Part shown: in pieces, positions 20,833 through 30,679 of the stretch
How the letters are laid out: every line of letters begins with the position of its first letter
Numbering within the stretch: the stretch's first letter is position 1
From: Candidatus Obscuribacteraceae bacterium
GTDB taxonomy: Bacteria > Cyanobacteriota > Vampirovibrionia > Obscuribacterales > Obscuribacteraceae
DNA length: 64,000 nt
Assembly (NCBI GenBank): GCA_044226015.1
Contig: JBGAHS010000005.1
Location: 384,001 to 448,000 of the forward strand
Reading direction: 5' to 3'
Made by a program: the position numbers and the translations under genes
The notes under the pieces: generated by a model
Told to the model about the DNA's origin: nothing
Seen by the model: the letters and a program-made list of their open reading frames with translations, nothing else
Database searches by the model: none

Positions 20833-21114
20833 TTAGCGACGAGCGCCTGCTGGTGCGCCTGTGCGTGCTTTGCTTTCAGAGAAGGAAACGAATATTTCGC
20901 GTCCTTGAATCTGATGTCCCTTCAATCCTTCGATTGCTGTTTCAGCTTCGTTTTGAGATTTCATCTCAACGAAAGCAAATCCACGCGATCTTCCGGTGTC
21001 TCTGTCTTTAGGGATGCTTGTTGTGACAACATCACCATATGGTGAGAAGAGGTCTAGAAGATCCTGTTCGGTAAGACGGAACGGAATATTGCGCACGAAA
21101 AGTTTATTTTGCAT
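20833..21114 (-). CDS. RRM RNA-binding protein
   Basis: RNP2 LFVRNI and RNP1 RGFAFVEM; DRDTGRSRGF. GAGG RBS before ATG 21114. Confidence 0.92.
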   Translation of the reverse strand: MQNKLFVRNIPFRLTEQDLLDLFSPYGDVVTTSIPKDRDTGRSRGFAFVEMKSQNEAETAIEGLKGHQIQGREIFVSFSESKARTGAPAGARR

Positions 21115-21341
21115 GTAACCCAACCTCGACCAGAAACTCAATCAAACCAATACGCAGGTTGAGTAACAGCGGTCCTTAGAAATAACCCTGACATTATCCA
21201 CACTATTGGAGACTTTTTGTAGCGAAGATTTCAGAATCTTATCTGAAATTCGAACAACACTTAACAATGTGAACTTGCTCGCTACAAAAAGGAGCCTTCT
21301 GGATATACTAGCGCCCACCCCGCTTTCGAAAAGGTTGAAGA

Positions 21342-22784
21342 ATGTTCATCAGATTAGCTCTTGCGATTTTACTTGCTGCCAGTACTTCAGCAGCATTTGC
21401 TGAAATTGGTGACTGGGCTTCTTATGAGAAAGCCGGTGATGAATCATTCGCTATTGGAGATTTCGCTTCTGCTGAAACTAAGTTTCGTAGCGCTATTGAC
21501 CAATGTAGCGACAAGAGTGAACTGGCAAAACTGCAAGTTAAATACACGAATGCGATGATGAGCCAGGGCAAGTTCAAAGAGTCAGAGAAAGAGCTTAAAA
21601 AGTGCGTTTCGCTTGCAAAGTCTGCACTTGGAACCGACAGCATAACTTATGCTGAGTCTCTCGATCTTCAAGCCTGGATGTCTCAGGGCAAAGGAAAAAT
21701 GAATGACGCGATTGATACTTTAAAGTCATCGATTGTCATTTTTGAAGCTAAAGCCCCGGACTCATCTGATCTTGCTGATGCATACGAGCATATGGGCTTG
21801 CTTTGTGAAACTGTGGGACTCCTTGATCAATCAACAGACAATTATTCTAAGGCGCTAGAAATTCGCAAGAAGCTTCTGGGGGCTCAATCTATCGAAGTTG
21901 CAGATTTGCAGGAAAAGCTGGCTCATGTTGCGCAGCAACGTGGTAATGTTGAGGGCGCGCGGCAATTGTATATGGATGCGCTGCGAGTTAAAGAGAGCCG
22001 TGGGGAAGCCTGGAAACCATTTGCGCCCGAACCAACTGATCGTGTTGTGAAGTTCTCTTATTATGCGGGCGCTCCTAATTGCCAGCAAGGAAGCAGCGAC
22101 GGATTATCCATTCAGAAAATTACTGGAAATGGAATCTCTGTTGAGGCTGCTATAAGTCAGAAGCCATCAGATTTTGCAAAGACAACAAGAGCGCTTGTTA
22201 GAATTCACAATGACAGCCAATATGATGTAGATGTACTTCCCAAGCCGGCTAGCTTTATACAGATAACGCCTTCAATTCAAATTTTGCCCTTAATCAACGC
22301 TGTCGAGCTGGCAAATCGAATCCAGAAAAAAGGTGAATCGAAAGCTAAATGGATTAAGTTCTGGGGCGCAGATGCGATGACTCAAGTAACCAGCATCTCC
22401 GATGTGCAGGGAAGAGGGATGCCGCCCGTTTATGGCTATGTTCCGGGCTCTTTTGGATGGTCGAATTTTGGACCTGCTGGCTATGGATATGGCTATACAA
22501 ACGGTTCTTACAATTATGGAAGAAATAAATATTCTGCTTCCAGTTTTTCTAGCACCATGGTTCCTGACTACCAGGCAAGAGAGGAAGCTTATCGTAAGGC
22601 GGCCGAAGCCACCAGCAAATCGCAGGCCGATGCTGCTGCCGTCAGAGATGGGGCGCTTGGAACGACAAGAGTTCAGTCCGGTGGCTCGATTCAAGGCTCA
22701 CTAGATTTCGAATACAGCAAATACGAAAGTGGCATATTGCGCATTCCAATTGGCAACGCTGTGTTTGAATTTCGATTTCAGTAG
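21342..22784 (+). CDS. Secreted tetratricopeptide repeat protein
   Basis: Signal peptide, TPR helices (YSKALEIRKK), and a beta-rich C-terminal part with a G/Y-rich insert. Confidence 0.8.
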   Translation: MFIRLALAILLAASTSAAFAEIGDWASYEKAGDESFAIGDFASAETKFRSAIDQCSDKSELAKLQVKYTNAMMSQGKFKESEKELKKCVSLAKSALGTDSITYAESLDLQAWMSQGKGKMNDAIDTLKSSIVIFEAKAPDSSDLADAYEHMGLLCETVGLLDQSTDNYSKALEIRKKLLGAQSIEVADLQEKLAHVAQQRGNVEGARQLYMDALRVKESRGEAWKPFAPEPTDRVVKFSYYAGAPNCQQGSSDGLSIQKITGNGISVEAAISQKPSDFAKTTRALVRIHNDSQYDVDVLPKPASFIQITPSIQILPLINAVELANRIQKKGESKAKWIKFWGADAMTQVTSISDVQGRGMPPVYGYVPGSFGWSNFGPAGYGYGYTNGSYNYGRNKYSASSFSSTMVPDYQAREEAYRKAAEATSKSQADAAAVRDGALGTTRVQSGGSIQGSLDFEYSKYESGILRIPIGNAVFEFRFQ

Positions 22785-22835
22785 TTGTCAGTAAAACCAA
22801 AGTGCTACAGCAGGCGGTAAAATCATAGAAGTGAT

Positions 22836-23561
22836 TTGTCGAAAGGCAAGGAGACATTCGTGGGAAAAATTGGCCATCTCAGCCAAATCTGGCTTTATGA
22901 CGAGGAATCGACCTATCGTAAGGTCATGGAATCGCTGATGACGCAGCGTCCTGAGATGAGACGCGTTCTCGCTGACCCGGCTGTGCTCGAACAGGTCAAA
23001 GAATTTGAACAAGACCAACTGAATGATTTGAGTGGCTTTGCCGAAAATACTGCCGAAAATATGGAAAGGCTTGCCATTCTCGACACTCTCACTGTGACTT
23101 ATAACGGGCGCAGCTTCTTGAGAGAACTTGATCAAACCTTGAAGCAAGCGTGGCGCTATACACGACCGGCATCATTATGTATGGTGTCAATTGATGGCTT
23201 CGAGGAAATTCAAGAGCAGTACCGCACTCTTACTGCAAATTCTATATTGCGTATTTGCGCCGACGCCATCAAGAAAACTGTCCGACCAAGCGACATTGTT
23301 GCGCGTTACAGTGGCTCTGACTTTGGCGTAATCTTCCCGAATACTGATACCGCTGCTGCCACCATGATAGCTGAACGTGTACGTGAGACTCTCGGCAATC
23401 AGGTCGTTACGTATAATTGGGACTTTATCAAAGTTACCGGTAGCTTGGGCATCGCGACCTATCCCACGCACGCGTATGATCGTGATGAGCTGATTTCGAT
23501 TTCTATGCAAGCCCTTTATGTATCCAAATCACGCGGTGGCGATCGCGTTTGTACTATTTAG
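22836..23561 (+). CDS. Degenerate GGDEF-domain protein
   Basis: DTLTVTYN, VRPSDIVARYSGSDF, ALYVSKSRGGDRV; the active-site motif is SGSDF. Confidence 0.85.
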   Translation: MSKGKETFVGKIGHLSQIWLYDEESTYRKVMESLMTQRPEMRRVLADPAVLEQVKEFEQDQLNDLSGFAENTAENMERLAILDTLTVTYNGRSFLRELDQTLKQAWRYTRPASLCMVSIDGFEEIQEQYRTLTANSILRICADAIKKTVRPSDIVARYSGSDFGVIFPNTDTAAATMIAERVRETLGNQVVTYNWDFIKVTGSLGIATYPTHAYDRDELISISMQALYVSKSRGGDRVCTI

Positions 23562-24033
23562 TATTGTTTATTGTTCGAAAAAACTTCTAGTCGTGCCATT
23601 TGCCACTGCAAGTGATACCAGTCTATTTTTTTGCATCAAGGGGACGCTTGCTCCACCTAATTTCGCTTTTCTAGAAGTGGATTGTTTGCGCATTACGGAT
23701 CTCAGTTTCAATAAGTTGACAACCATACAGACCGCTCTGAGGTCATCGGCCTGGAATTCTGCCAATCTATACGTAAAAGAGGAGCATAAAGTCCCTTTAT
23801 TTGATGATAGCTGGTGCCTTTCTATCTTTGAAAGTCTGAAAGCTGCAATTCGCTGGTTCGGAGATTAGCTCCGAACCGGGATGTCAAGCGTGGATGTTTT
23901 TCTGAGTTGTAGCTCATGATCCTCCGGCTTGTTGCTAGGCAAGGGTTTTGAGTAAAAAATATTTTTTACAGCGTCCGGCTAATTTCTCAAAAGTCCTCGT
24001 TGATATAGTCACAAGCGGAGGCGAAAAACAAAA

Positions 24034-24432
24034 ATGGCTAGAGTTAACGGAAGAAGCAGAAAAGGACAGGGTCTGGTTGAAGTATTGACCGGAGCAATCC
24101 TCTTCCTCGTTCCAATCTCACTAGGTGCTCTCGATTTGACCACAGTAGTGCTCGTTAACTCAGCAAATGACCATCTGGTTAAGAACTGTGCAAGAGCTGC
24201 CGCCGACCAGGAAGACCAGGGCAAGGCTCAGAAAGCTGTGCAAGATTGTATCTCCAAGTTTCCTAAGTCTTCAGTAATCGTCGACGTTAATCTCGAAGGT
24301 TCGATTGATTACAAAGACGATGAGCAAGTTGCAGTAAAGACCGTAATGACAGTTAAGTTACCAGTTGGTGGTAGCATCAAGTTTCATGCACAAGCTGTCG
24401 AGCCACTAGTTGCCAAACCTTCAAACGTTTAA
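24034..24432 (+). CDS. TadE-like pseudopilin
   Basis: Basic leader, G|QGLVE (E+5), hydrophobic helix, then ARAAA. Confidence 0.75.
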   Translation: MARVNGRSRKGQGLVEVLTGAILFLVPISLGALDLTTVVLVNSANDHLVKNCARAAADQEDQGKAQKAVQDCISKFPKSSVIVDVNLEGSIDYKDDEQVAVKTVMTVKLPVGGSIKFHAQAVEPLVAKPSNV

Positions 24433-24524
24433 TTGAACTCAATTAGCGCGTACTTGAGATGTCGAGCTCTTTATGTTTGAATCGGATGTGATTCCAAAAA
24501 GCGCGCTTAGGACAAAGGTCGAAA

Positions 24525-25022
24525 ATGAGACCCGTGAAGGGAAAATCTAGAAGGCAGTCTGGCAATGTAATTGCTGAAACGCCACCAGCACTATTCATTT
24601 TGTTTATAGTCATCTTTGTTCCAATGTTGAGTCTAATAGCTCTTGGTGTCAAATACGGTGTCTGTTACTCGTTAAATGTAATGCAGTCCAATGAAGCAGC
24701 ATTGATTCCAGCATCTAAAGCCGGTTCAGACTCAGGACCAATTCGCCTTGGTATACCGAAGTCCTGGAAAGATAGTGGAATGGGTGCCTTTGTTGATCTC
24801 AATCAACCGTTGCCGACCACTGTTCTTCGATATGAAAAGGGTGCGATGGGTGCCAACGGTGTTCAGGAACAATTCGTTTACGTAAGCACAACGTTTCAAC
24901 TTCGTCCATTCATTACTAACGACAACGCACCGTTTGCAAATGTACCTGGACTAACTGCCCCATTGAATTTCACTATTGAAAGCAGCCGCCCTTTAGAGAA
25001 TCCAACAAATGCCGATAAATAA
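24525..25022 (+). CDS. TadE/F-like pseudopilin
   Basis: RRQSG|NVIAE followed by a hydrophobic helix. Confidence 0.7.
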   Translation: MRPVKGKSRRQSGNVIAETPPALFILFIVIFVPMLSLIALGVKYGVCYSLNVMQSNEAALIPASKAGSDSGPIRLGIPKSWKDSGMGAFVDLNQPLPTTVLRYEKGAMGANGVQEQFVYVSTTFQLRPFITNDNAPFANVPGLTAPLNFTIESSRPLENPTNADK

Positions 25023-26790
25023 GAGCTTCCTGATAAAAAATGGCAGAACCGAATATGGTGCCACTATGGGTCTGGTGGCCGCCTGTGCCCTTGTTCTTGT
25101 CCTGATTGTTGTTGCATTCTTTTATATATCAATGTTTATCGGTGGGGCAGATGAAGCAAAAAATGCATCAAGTGCCGGAACCTTGAATCTGGGCAAGCAT
25201 CTGCTAACCAATGATGAATTCAAAACTGACCCAGCCACGGTGTCGACGACTAATCAGTTTCAGGATGTCGTTGACAATAAAGGCAAGATTGGCTTATCCA
25301 ATATAAATGCAGTCTGGGGGAAGGTGTTGCTTGCTGAGGCAAACGCCGAGGAAATGTATTCAATGGGTCAAGCTGGTGATGCGAAATCACATGCGGATAT
25401 GATGTTTTCTGATGCAAACAGTATCAATTCTGACCTCGTATCGAAGCTAACTGACGTTAGCAAGCAAATTCCGATATTCGAACATATGGCTACACAGAAT
25501 TCGGTACGAATGTTGGGAACCGACAGTAAGGTATTGGCTTCTAAGGGCGACAACTGGAAAAGTTCGGAAATGAGTCGCGGCGAAATAAGCAATTTAGATG
25601 TACCTGTTAAGTCTGTGATGCCCAGCGATGCGAGCTATTCCGCGCTGCAAATAAAGAACAATCGCATACCAGGTTACACACCTATTTCTATAAATGGGCA
25701 CCAGTTCTGCTTCGTTTCATTTCCCGATAAAGAACGCACCCACCTGGTATCACGAAGTGAATTTGACGAAAACAAATCGTCCACTAAACCGATATCTGCA
25801 GATTGGGCAAAACCGGTACCTAATGCTTTCTCTTGTGAAGGAGCGGCAAAAAATCAGCAGGGGTATTCAGAGAAAGCCGTTGCATTTGTTCAGACAAATC
25901 CGCAGAAAATCTATAAAATGAGTATGCCTCATGGGTTCCTTCATATCGTTCTTGAAGACAATGATGCTACCTGGCTCTTTAATTCTCCGACTCCACCGGT
26001 GGATGCTGCTGCGCAAAAAATTGTCGGCAGTGCACCTCAGAAAATCCAGAATGCTCAGAAAAAGTTGGACGGAATAGATCCTGATCACTTTTCTATTGAT
26101 CATAACGGAGATGGTGATGCAGACCCTCTTAAAGTGGCGATGGAGCAGTATGATGGTAGTTATCCATTTCGCCCTGACCCCCAGACAAAATCGGGAAGTC
26201 CAGCCTCAGCTGTGTGTGGAACCCTGGTGGCGAACATGGTGCCACTCGGTAAAGAATACCTGCCTCCTTGTCTAGACACGGCTCTCTTTGGTTCAAAACT
26301 AGATACTGGTGAATATGATTACCTGGAAAAAATGATGGTTAATCGCATCAACCAGATGATCAGTGTACCTGGTGTTACTTTCGGTACAAAGGATTTGCAT
26401 AAGCTTTTGCAAGACCCTGAAACAACAGGATGGATGCAAGCATCAGTTCACGACTATTACATTTTTAGTCCTGATGGAAAGTCTGTCGAAGTTGGTACAA
26501 AAGAACGAGCCATAATGAAAGCTAATTGGCTTTCTTCGACTATAGACCATGAGCCTGATGGCGCAAACAAAACACGGGCTGAACTCAGTAGCTTCTTTCC
26601 ATTGTTGCCCTTCACTCAGGTGAACGTTATACCTGATCCCTATTGTTTCCCTTATTTTCCGCCCTTTGGCGTTCTATACGTTCAGATTAAGGACAAGTGG
26701 CAGCCAGGTTCTGGATATGATGGTTGCCTTGGCAAAATTACGAGCAAGCACCACACTGATGTGTATTTGTATGGAATTGCCGGACCTTAA
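25009..26790 (+). CDS. TadG-like large pseudopilin/tip protein
   Basis: G|ATMGLVAACALVLVL N-terminus lacking E+5; NASSAGTL; large soluble domain; overlaps the previous gene. Confidence 0.6.
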   Translation: MPINKSFLIKNGRTEYGATMGLVAACALVLVLIVVAFFYISMFIGGADEAKNASSAGTLNLGKHLLTNDEFKTDPATVSTTNQFQDVVDNKGKIGLSNINAVWGKVLLAEANAEEMYSMGQAGDAKSHADMMFSDANSINSDLVSKLTDVSKQIPIFEHMATQNSVRMLGTDSKVLASKGDNWKSSEMSRGEISNLDVPVKSVMPSDASYSALQIKNNRIPGYTPISINGHQFCFVSFPDKERTHLVSRSEFDENKSSTKPISADWAKPVPNAFSCEGAAKNQQGYSEKAVAFVQTNPQKIYKMSMPHGFLHIVLEDNDATWLFNSPTPPVDAAAQKIVGSAPQKIQNAQKKLDGIDPDHFSIDHNGDGDADPLKVAMEQYDGSYPFRPDPQTKSGSPASAVCGTLVANMVPLGKEYLPPCLDTALFGSKLDTGEYDYLEKMMVNRINQMISVPGVTFGTKDLHKLLQDPETTGWMQASVHDYYIFSPDGKSVEVGTKERAIMKANWLSSTIDHEPDGANKTRAELSSFFPLLPFTQVNVIPDPYCFPYFPPFGVLYVQIKDKWQPGSGYDGCLGKITSKHHTDVYLYGIAGP

Positions 26791-26844
26791 GATCGTGTAA
26801 GCACCGCCGGAGCTGTGTCTGGGAGAATTCGAATTCGCTTAGCA

Positions 26845-28140
26845 CTATCGTTTCAGCACTTCCAGCACGCCGTTTCTGTTTCGTGAGTATTCGTAGTGGT
26901 CTGAACAAGCTGGTATCAGTCCGTCATTGCGCGCGATATCTGCCATCACCGCATTCGGTATTGAGTGCAGTGGGTCTACTTTTGATACATCGAGAATTGT
27001 CAGATTCGGATACTCAAAAAACGTCGGTTGCGCAACTCCCAACCTTTGAGCTGGAGCCCAAGGATTAGCCAATTTTCTCATCGTTCCACTAAAATGAAGA
27101 GCCAGGTCATTCTTTGCAAGGTACAAATGCAGCTGTTCGGCAGAGCGTGAGAGTTTTGGCAAATGTGATTTGAACGCTATCAGGTCAACGTCAGGGCGCA
27201 CCATAATTATGTCTTTGTATGCCACAGTGCCGTTGTTTTGCAGGCAATGATCCATAATCAACTGATTTCCGAGACTAAATCCGAGGATAGTAATCTTGTT
27301 AGCAGGTACTTCCTTTCGAAGTTCTGTAAGAAAGCGGTTGAATCGCTCCTGACTGCGTTCACATGCTTGAAGTGAACCAGCATACGCGCCGAACGGTGAG
27401 CCCCAATCATACAAAACAACTGGCGTGTTGAGCCAGGCGGCAGTCATTGCAGCTTCGTGCGCCGCATAGTTGAACCCCATGCAGCAACCATGCACATGAA
27501 TCAAGACCCCCTTTTCTTGAGCGCCTGCATTCTTGAGAGACTGGCAGAGTTCAGCGAACTCCATGCTACCTTTCTGCAAGAGTTGTGCATTAGCCTGCTC
27601 ATTTTGGTTGGAGATAGTCGAATAAGAGCAAGTGCGAAGGGCGGGAGTCTTTGACGGCTGATAGTCACTCAAGGAAAAACAGTCAGTAAACACGCCGTAT
27701 GTAATGTGCTCTACGTTATCTATAACCTGTTCTTTGAAATCGAATGAATTGGAATTAGCACTTGCATTTCTTCTGTCGGTAGCAAAAAACACAGGAACAA
27801 CAAATTTTGCTCCTTTGTTCTGAAACTTACTTTTGGAAAACTTGATGGGTTCTTCGGTAGATTGAGAATGTTGAATGGCTCCCCTAAACTGATTCTCCGC
27901 GAAATTAGTTGCTTGTGATTCTCCCGTTTCGGAGTCACTCGCCTGGGGGTCAGGCTTAGCAGCATTGTCTGCTTTGTCGCTTTTGCTCTCGACGAGGCTT
28001 TGCTCAAGCCCATTTGCCCATGTAGTACTTGGACCACAAATAGCCAGTAAGCAAATAAGGATAGTTGTTTTGGCGAAGCTGCTCATTCGATTCCTGCCGC
28101 AGAGCACGAATATACATTTTATTAGCCGTTCTTGCGACAT
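26845..28140 (-). CDS. Alpha/beta hydrolase (DUF900-like), secreted
   Basis: VFFATDR, VHG, GFSLG nucleophile elbow, PDVD, NDLAL. The start may be the internal MSSFAK. Confidence 0.8.
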   Translation of the reverse strand: MSQERLIKCIFVLCGRNRMSSFAKTTILICLLAICGPSTTWANGLEQSLVESKSDKADNAAKPDPQASDSETGESQATNFAENQFRGAIQHSQSTEEPIKFSKSKFQNKGAKFVVPVFFATDRRNASANSNSFDFKEQVIDNVEHITYGVFTDCFSLSDYQPSKTPALRTCSYSTISNQNEQANAQLLQKGSMEFAELCQSLKNAGAQEKGVLIHVHGCCMGFNYAAHEAAMTAAWLNTPVVLYDWGSPFGAYAGSLQACERSQERFNRFLTELRKEVPANKITILGFSLGNQLIMDHCLQNNGTVAYKDIIMVRPDVDLIAFKSHLPKLSRSAEQLHLYLAKNDLALHFSGTMRKLANPWAPAQRLGVAQPTFFEYPNLTILDVSKVDPLHSIPNAVMADIARNDGLIPACSDHYEYSRNRNGVLEVLKR

Positions 28141-28267
28141 TTGTGCATTTAGATCAGTTAATAAACTGTCCGGGTTTTCCCTGGTTTTTGGCTGGTGCTT
28201 ATCTGGCGGAATGCTCTGAAAACCCGAAATATAATGAGATTGGCGTTTCTTGCTTGCTCATTGAGGT

Positions 28268-29725
28268 GTGCACATGGTTGCAGCAGAGGGTGATCTTCTC
28301 GAAGGAAAACGTATCACGGAAAGATTTCGAATCAAGTCTGTCGAAAAATGGATAGACCAGATTGTTTTTTGTTCTGCTGAGGACCTCGCGAGGCACGATA
28401 CCGTTTTTCTTGTTCTAATAGAATCTGTTGCTATAAAGAACCCGCTTGCTCTCAAGAAGCACCTCGAACTCAGGGCAAAAAACTGTCATATAAATCTCAC
28501 TGAAATAATAGACTATGGTGATACCACTGACGGTGATTTCTTTATTGCTATAAAGAAATTTGGAAACACCTATCTCAGCCAACAAGCCGGGCGAGCCGTT
28601 TCACTCAAAGCAGCAGCTGGCATCATCGATCAAATAATAGATGCTGAACTATTCAGGAAAAAATTGGGATTGCCGCTGGTGCTTCCTTACCCTCAGAGAA
28701 TTAGTGTTGAAGACTTTGGTAAATCTGGAGTATCTCTGAAAATTATTGATTTGGATCTTGCGGCTATCGAAGATCTTGCGATTCAAATTGGTGCGGAACT
28801 CAGCGAAAAAGACAGGGTTGCATACAAAGCACCTGAACTCATAAAAGCTGGAAGCGTTGAAGAGTCTGCTCTTGTTTATTCGTTAGCTTGTTTATTTCAT
28901 CAGTTAATTACTGGTCGTCTTCCTTTCGAATCGGACGATATTGTCGAACTGCAGAGTCAGCATCTCTGCATGGAACCTCCTCGACTTCACGTGTTGCGCC
29001 CTGACTTATATTTTCCTCCAGAGGTTGAGGAGTTTTTGCGAAAGTCTTTGCAAAAGGCTCCTGAGAAAAGATTCTCCGGTCTGCTGACTTTCAAAACTGC
29101 AATGAAAGAAGCAATTCAGCAAAAGAAACCTGCCTCAAAAAATGTGCAGCGCTATGGGAGGGTCGCAGCATTGCTAACACTGCTTGCGTCGGGAGTCTAC
29201 CTGTATTCGTCATTTAGCCCACTCGTACAAAATTCTACTGAAAGCCCCGCGCCATTGAAGGTGCAGCTCTCTCCTGTTCCAGGCACTGGAAGCTTGTTCC
29301 AGTCATTGCCGCCTGTCCCAGCAAACGCCATTAATCTTGGCTCAATTCATTTGCTGAATGACGAAAGCCGAGAGCTTAAATCTGGCGATTACTATTGCAG
29401 CGAGCTGGTTTTAGAAGGTAATGCCCATTTATTTGCCAGAGATAATGTTCAGCTATGGATTCAGCCCAAGAACGGACAATCCACTCAGTTTAGTCTCAAG
29501 GACAATGCGGTGTTGGAATCAAATTCTGAATCCGATGCTTTCAAGATCTACTATCTGAGCACATCTGATATTACAATGGCGGGGCGGTCAAAGCTGAAGG
29601 CCGCCGTACTTGCACCTGCTTCTGCGCTTCATGCGAAGGACAATGCTTTCATTGATGGACCTATAACCAGTAATGGACAAATTCTGGCTCAGCATGCTCA
29701 CTTTAAGCACATTGAGGACGACTAA
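28268..29725 (+). CDS. Membrane Ser/Thr kinase-like protein, probably a pseudokinase
   Basis: YKAPE, VYSLA..LITGRLPF and PEKRF of the kinase C-lobe; no HRD or DFG; one TM helix; beta-rich C-terminal domain. Confidence 0.7.
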   Translation: MHMVAAEGDLLEGKRITERFRIKSVEKWIDQIVFCSAEDLARHDTVFLVLIESVAIKNPLALKKHLELRAKNCHINLTEIIDYGDTTDGDFFIAIKKFGNTYLSQQAGRAVSLKAAAGIIDQIIDAELFRKKLGLPLVLPYPQRISVEDFGKSGVSLKIIDLDLAAIEDLAIQIGAELSEKDRVAYKAPELIKAGSVEESALVYSLACLFHQLITGRLPFESDDIVELQSQHLCMEPPRLHVLRPDLYFPPEVEEFLRKSLQKAPEKRFSGLLTFKTAMKEAIQQKKPASKNVQRYGRVAALLTLLASGVYLYSSFSPLVQNSTESPAPLKVQLSPVPGTGSLFQSLPPVPANAINLGSIHLLNDESRELKSGDYYCSELVLEGNAHLFARDNVQLWIQPKNGQSTQFSLKDNAVLESNSESDAFKIYYLSTSDITMAGRSKLKAAVLAPASALHAKDNAFIDGPITSNGQILAQHAHFKHIEDD

Positions 29726-29832
29726 CATAATTCTTCATTAAGCGAAAACATTGTTCTAAAGCAGTTTTGTAGAACATTCAGTCAAATGCAGTACAATAAG
29801 CTGATTGTTCTTGTTTGCGAGGAACTGCAAGC

Positions 29833-30663
29833 ATGTTGATTCGCGTTGGTTATGAAATCGAGTATGAGTTGCCTGCCCCAACGGCTATGACTCTGCTTTT
29901 GCATGTATTGCCTTCTCGCTCGGAAGATCTCAAAACACCCGATCAACTTCAAATTGAGCCTCACTTGCCTGTTACCGAATTCGTCGATGGTTATGGAAAC
30001 CGTTGTGCTCGGTTAATCGCTCCGGCAGGGCATTTGAGGTTGAGAAATGATTTAGTCATAGAAGACTCGGGAAAGCCGGTGCCGATTTTTGAGGACGCAA
30101 AGCAGCATCAAATCGAGGAAATACCAACCGAGTTCTTGCAGTTTTTGCTACCCAGCAGATATTGCGAAGTAGATAAGCTCAATTTCATAGCAGAAGAACT
30201 CTTTGGCAAAATTCCACCGGGGTGGCAGAGAGTTCAAGCCATTTGTGACTGGGTTCATAGCAATATTGAGTTTGGCTATCAACATGCGAACGCTACGAAA
30301 AGCGCATACGATGTGTATCATGAACGCAAGGGCGTCTGTCGGGATTTCACACATCTAGCAATCACCTTCTGCAGAATTATGGGTGTGCCAGCCCGCTATG
30401 CAACCGGTTATCTGGGTGACATTGGAATTCCACCTGTTGATGCTCCGATGGATTTTAGTGCCTGTTTCCAGGTTTACCTTGGAGGGCAGTGGCATATTTT
30501 TGATGCGCGTCATAATAAGCGCAGAATTGGATGGGTATTGATGGCAACTGGGCGCGATGCCGTTGATTGCGCGATTACGACAACATTTGGACTCCACACT
30601 TTGAAGAAATTTGAGGTGTGGGCTGATGAAGTTGAAAGCGCTGAATTGTGCCAGAGAGTTTAG
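29833..30663 (+). CDS. Transglutaminase-like family protein
   Basis: PSRYC, GVCRDFTH, PARYATGYLGD, MDFSA, W..FDARHN, GRDA.D. Confidence 0.92.
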   Translation: MLIRVGYEIEYELPAPTAMTLLLHVLPSRSEDLKTPDQLQIEPHLPVTEFVDGYGNRCARLIAPAGHLRLRNDLVIEDSGKPVPIFEDAKQHQIEEIPTEFLQFLLPSRYCEVDKLNFIAEELFGKIPPGWQRVQAICDWVHSNIEFGYQHANATKSAYDVYHERKGVCRDFTHLAITFCRIMGVPARYATGYLGDIGIPPVDAPMDFSACFQVYLGGQWHIFDARHNKRRIGWVLMATGRDAVDCAITTTFGLHTLKKFEVWADEVESAELCQRV

Positions 30664-30679
30664 TTCGGGAGATTGAAGT

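Noticed and set aside
21194..21202. Perfect DnaA box TTATCCACA (also TTTTCCACA at 50131)
   Set aside because: Isolated boxes with no cluster and no dnaA/dnaN nearby; not evidence for oriC.
22788..23147. 119 aa minus-strand ORF and similar antisense ORFs throughout the window
   Set aside because: Antisense to well-supported genes and without motifs.
23850..23950. c-di-GMP-I riboswitch upstream of the pilins
   Set aside because: CCTCCGGC is present, but the GGCAAA/GAAA/GGACGCAAA core could not be found.
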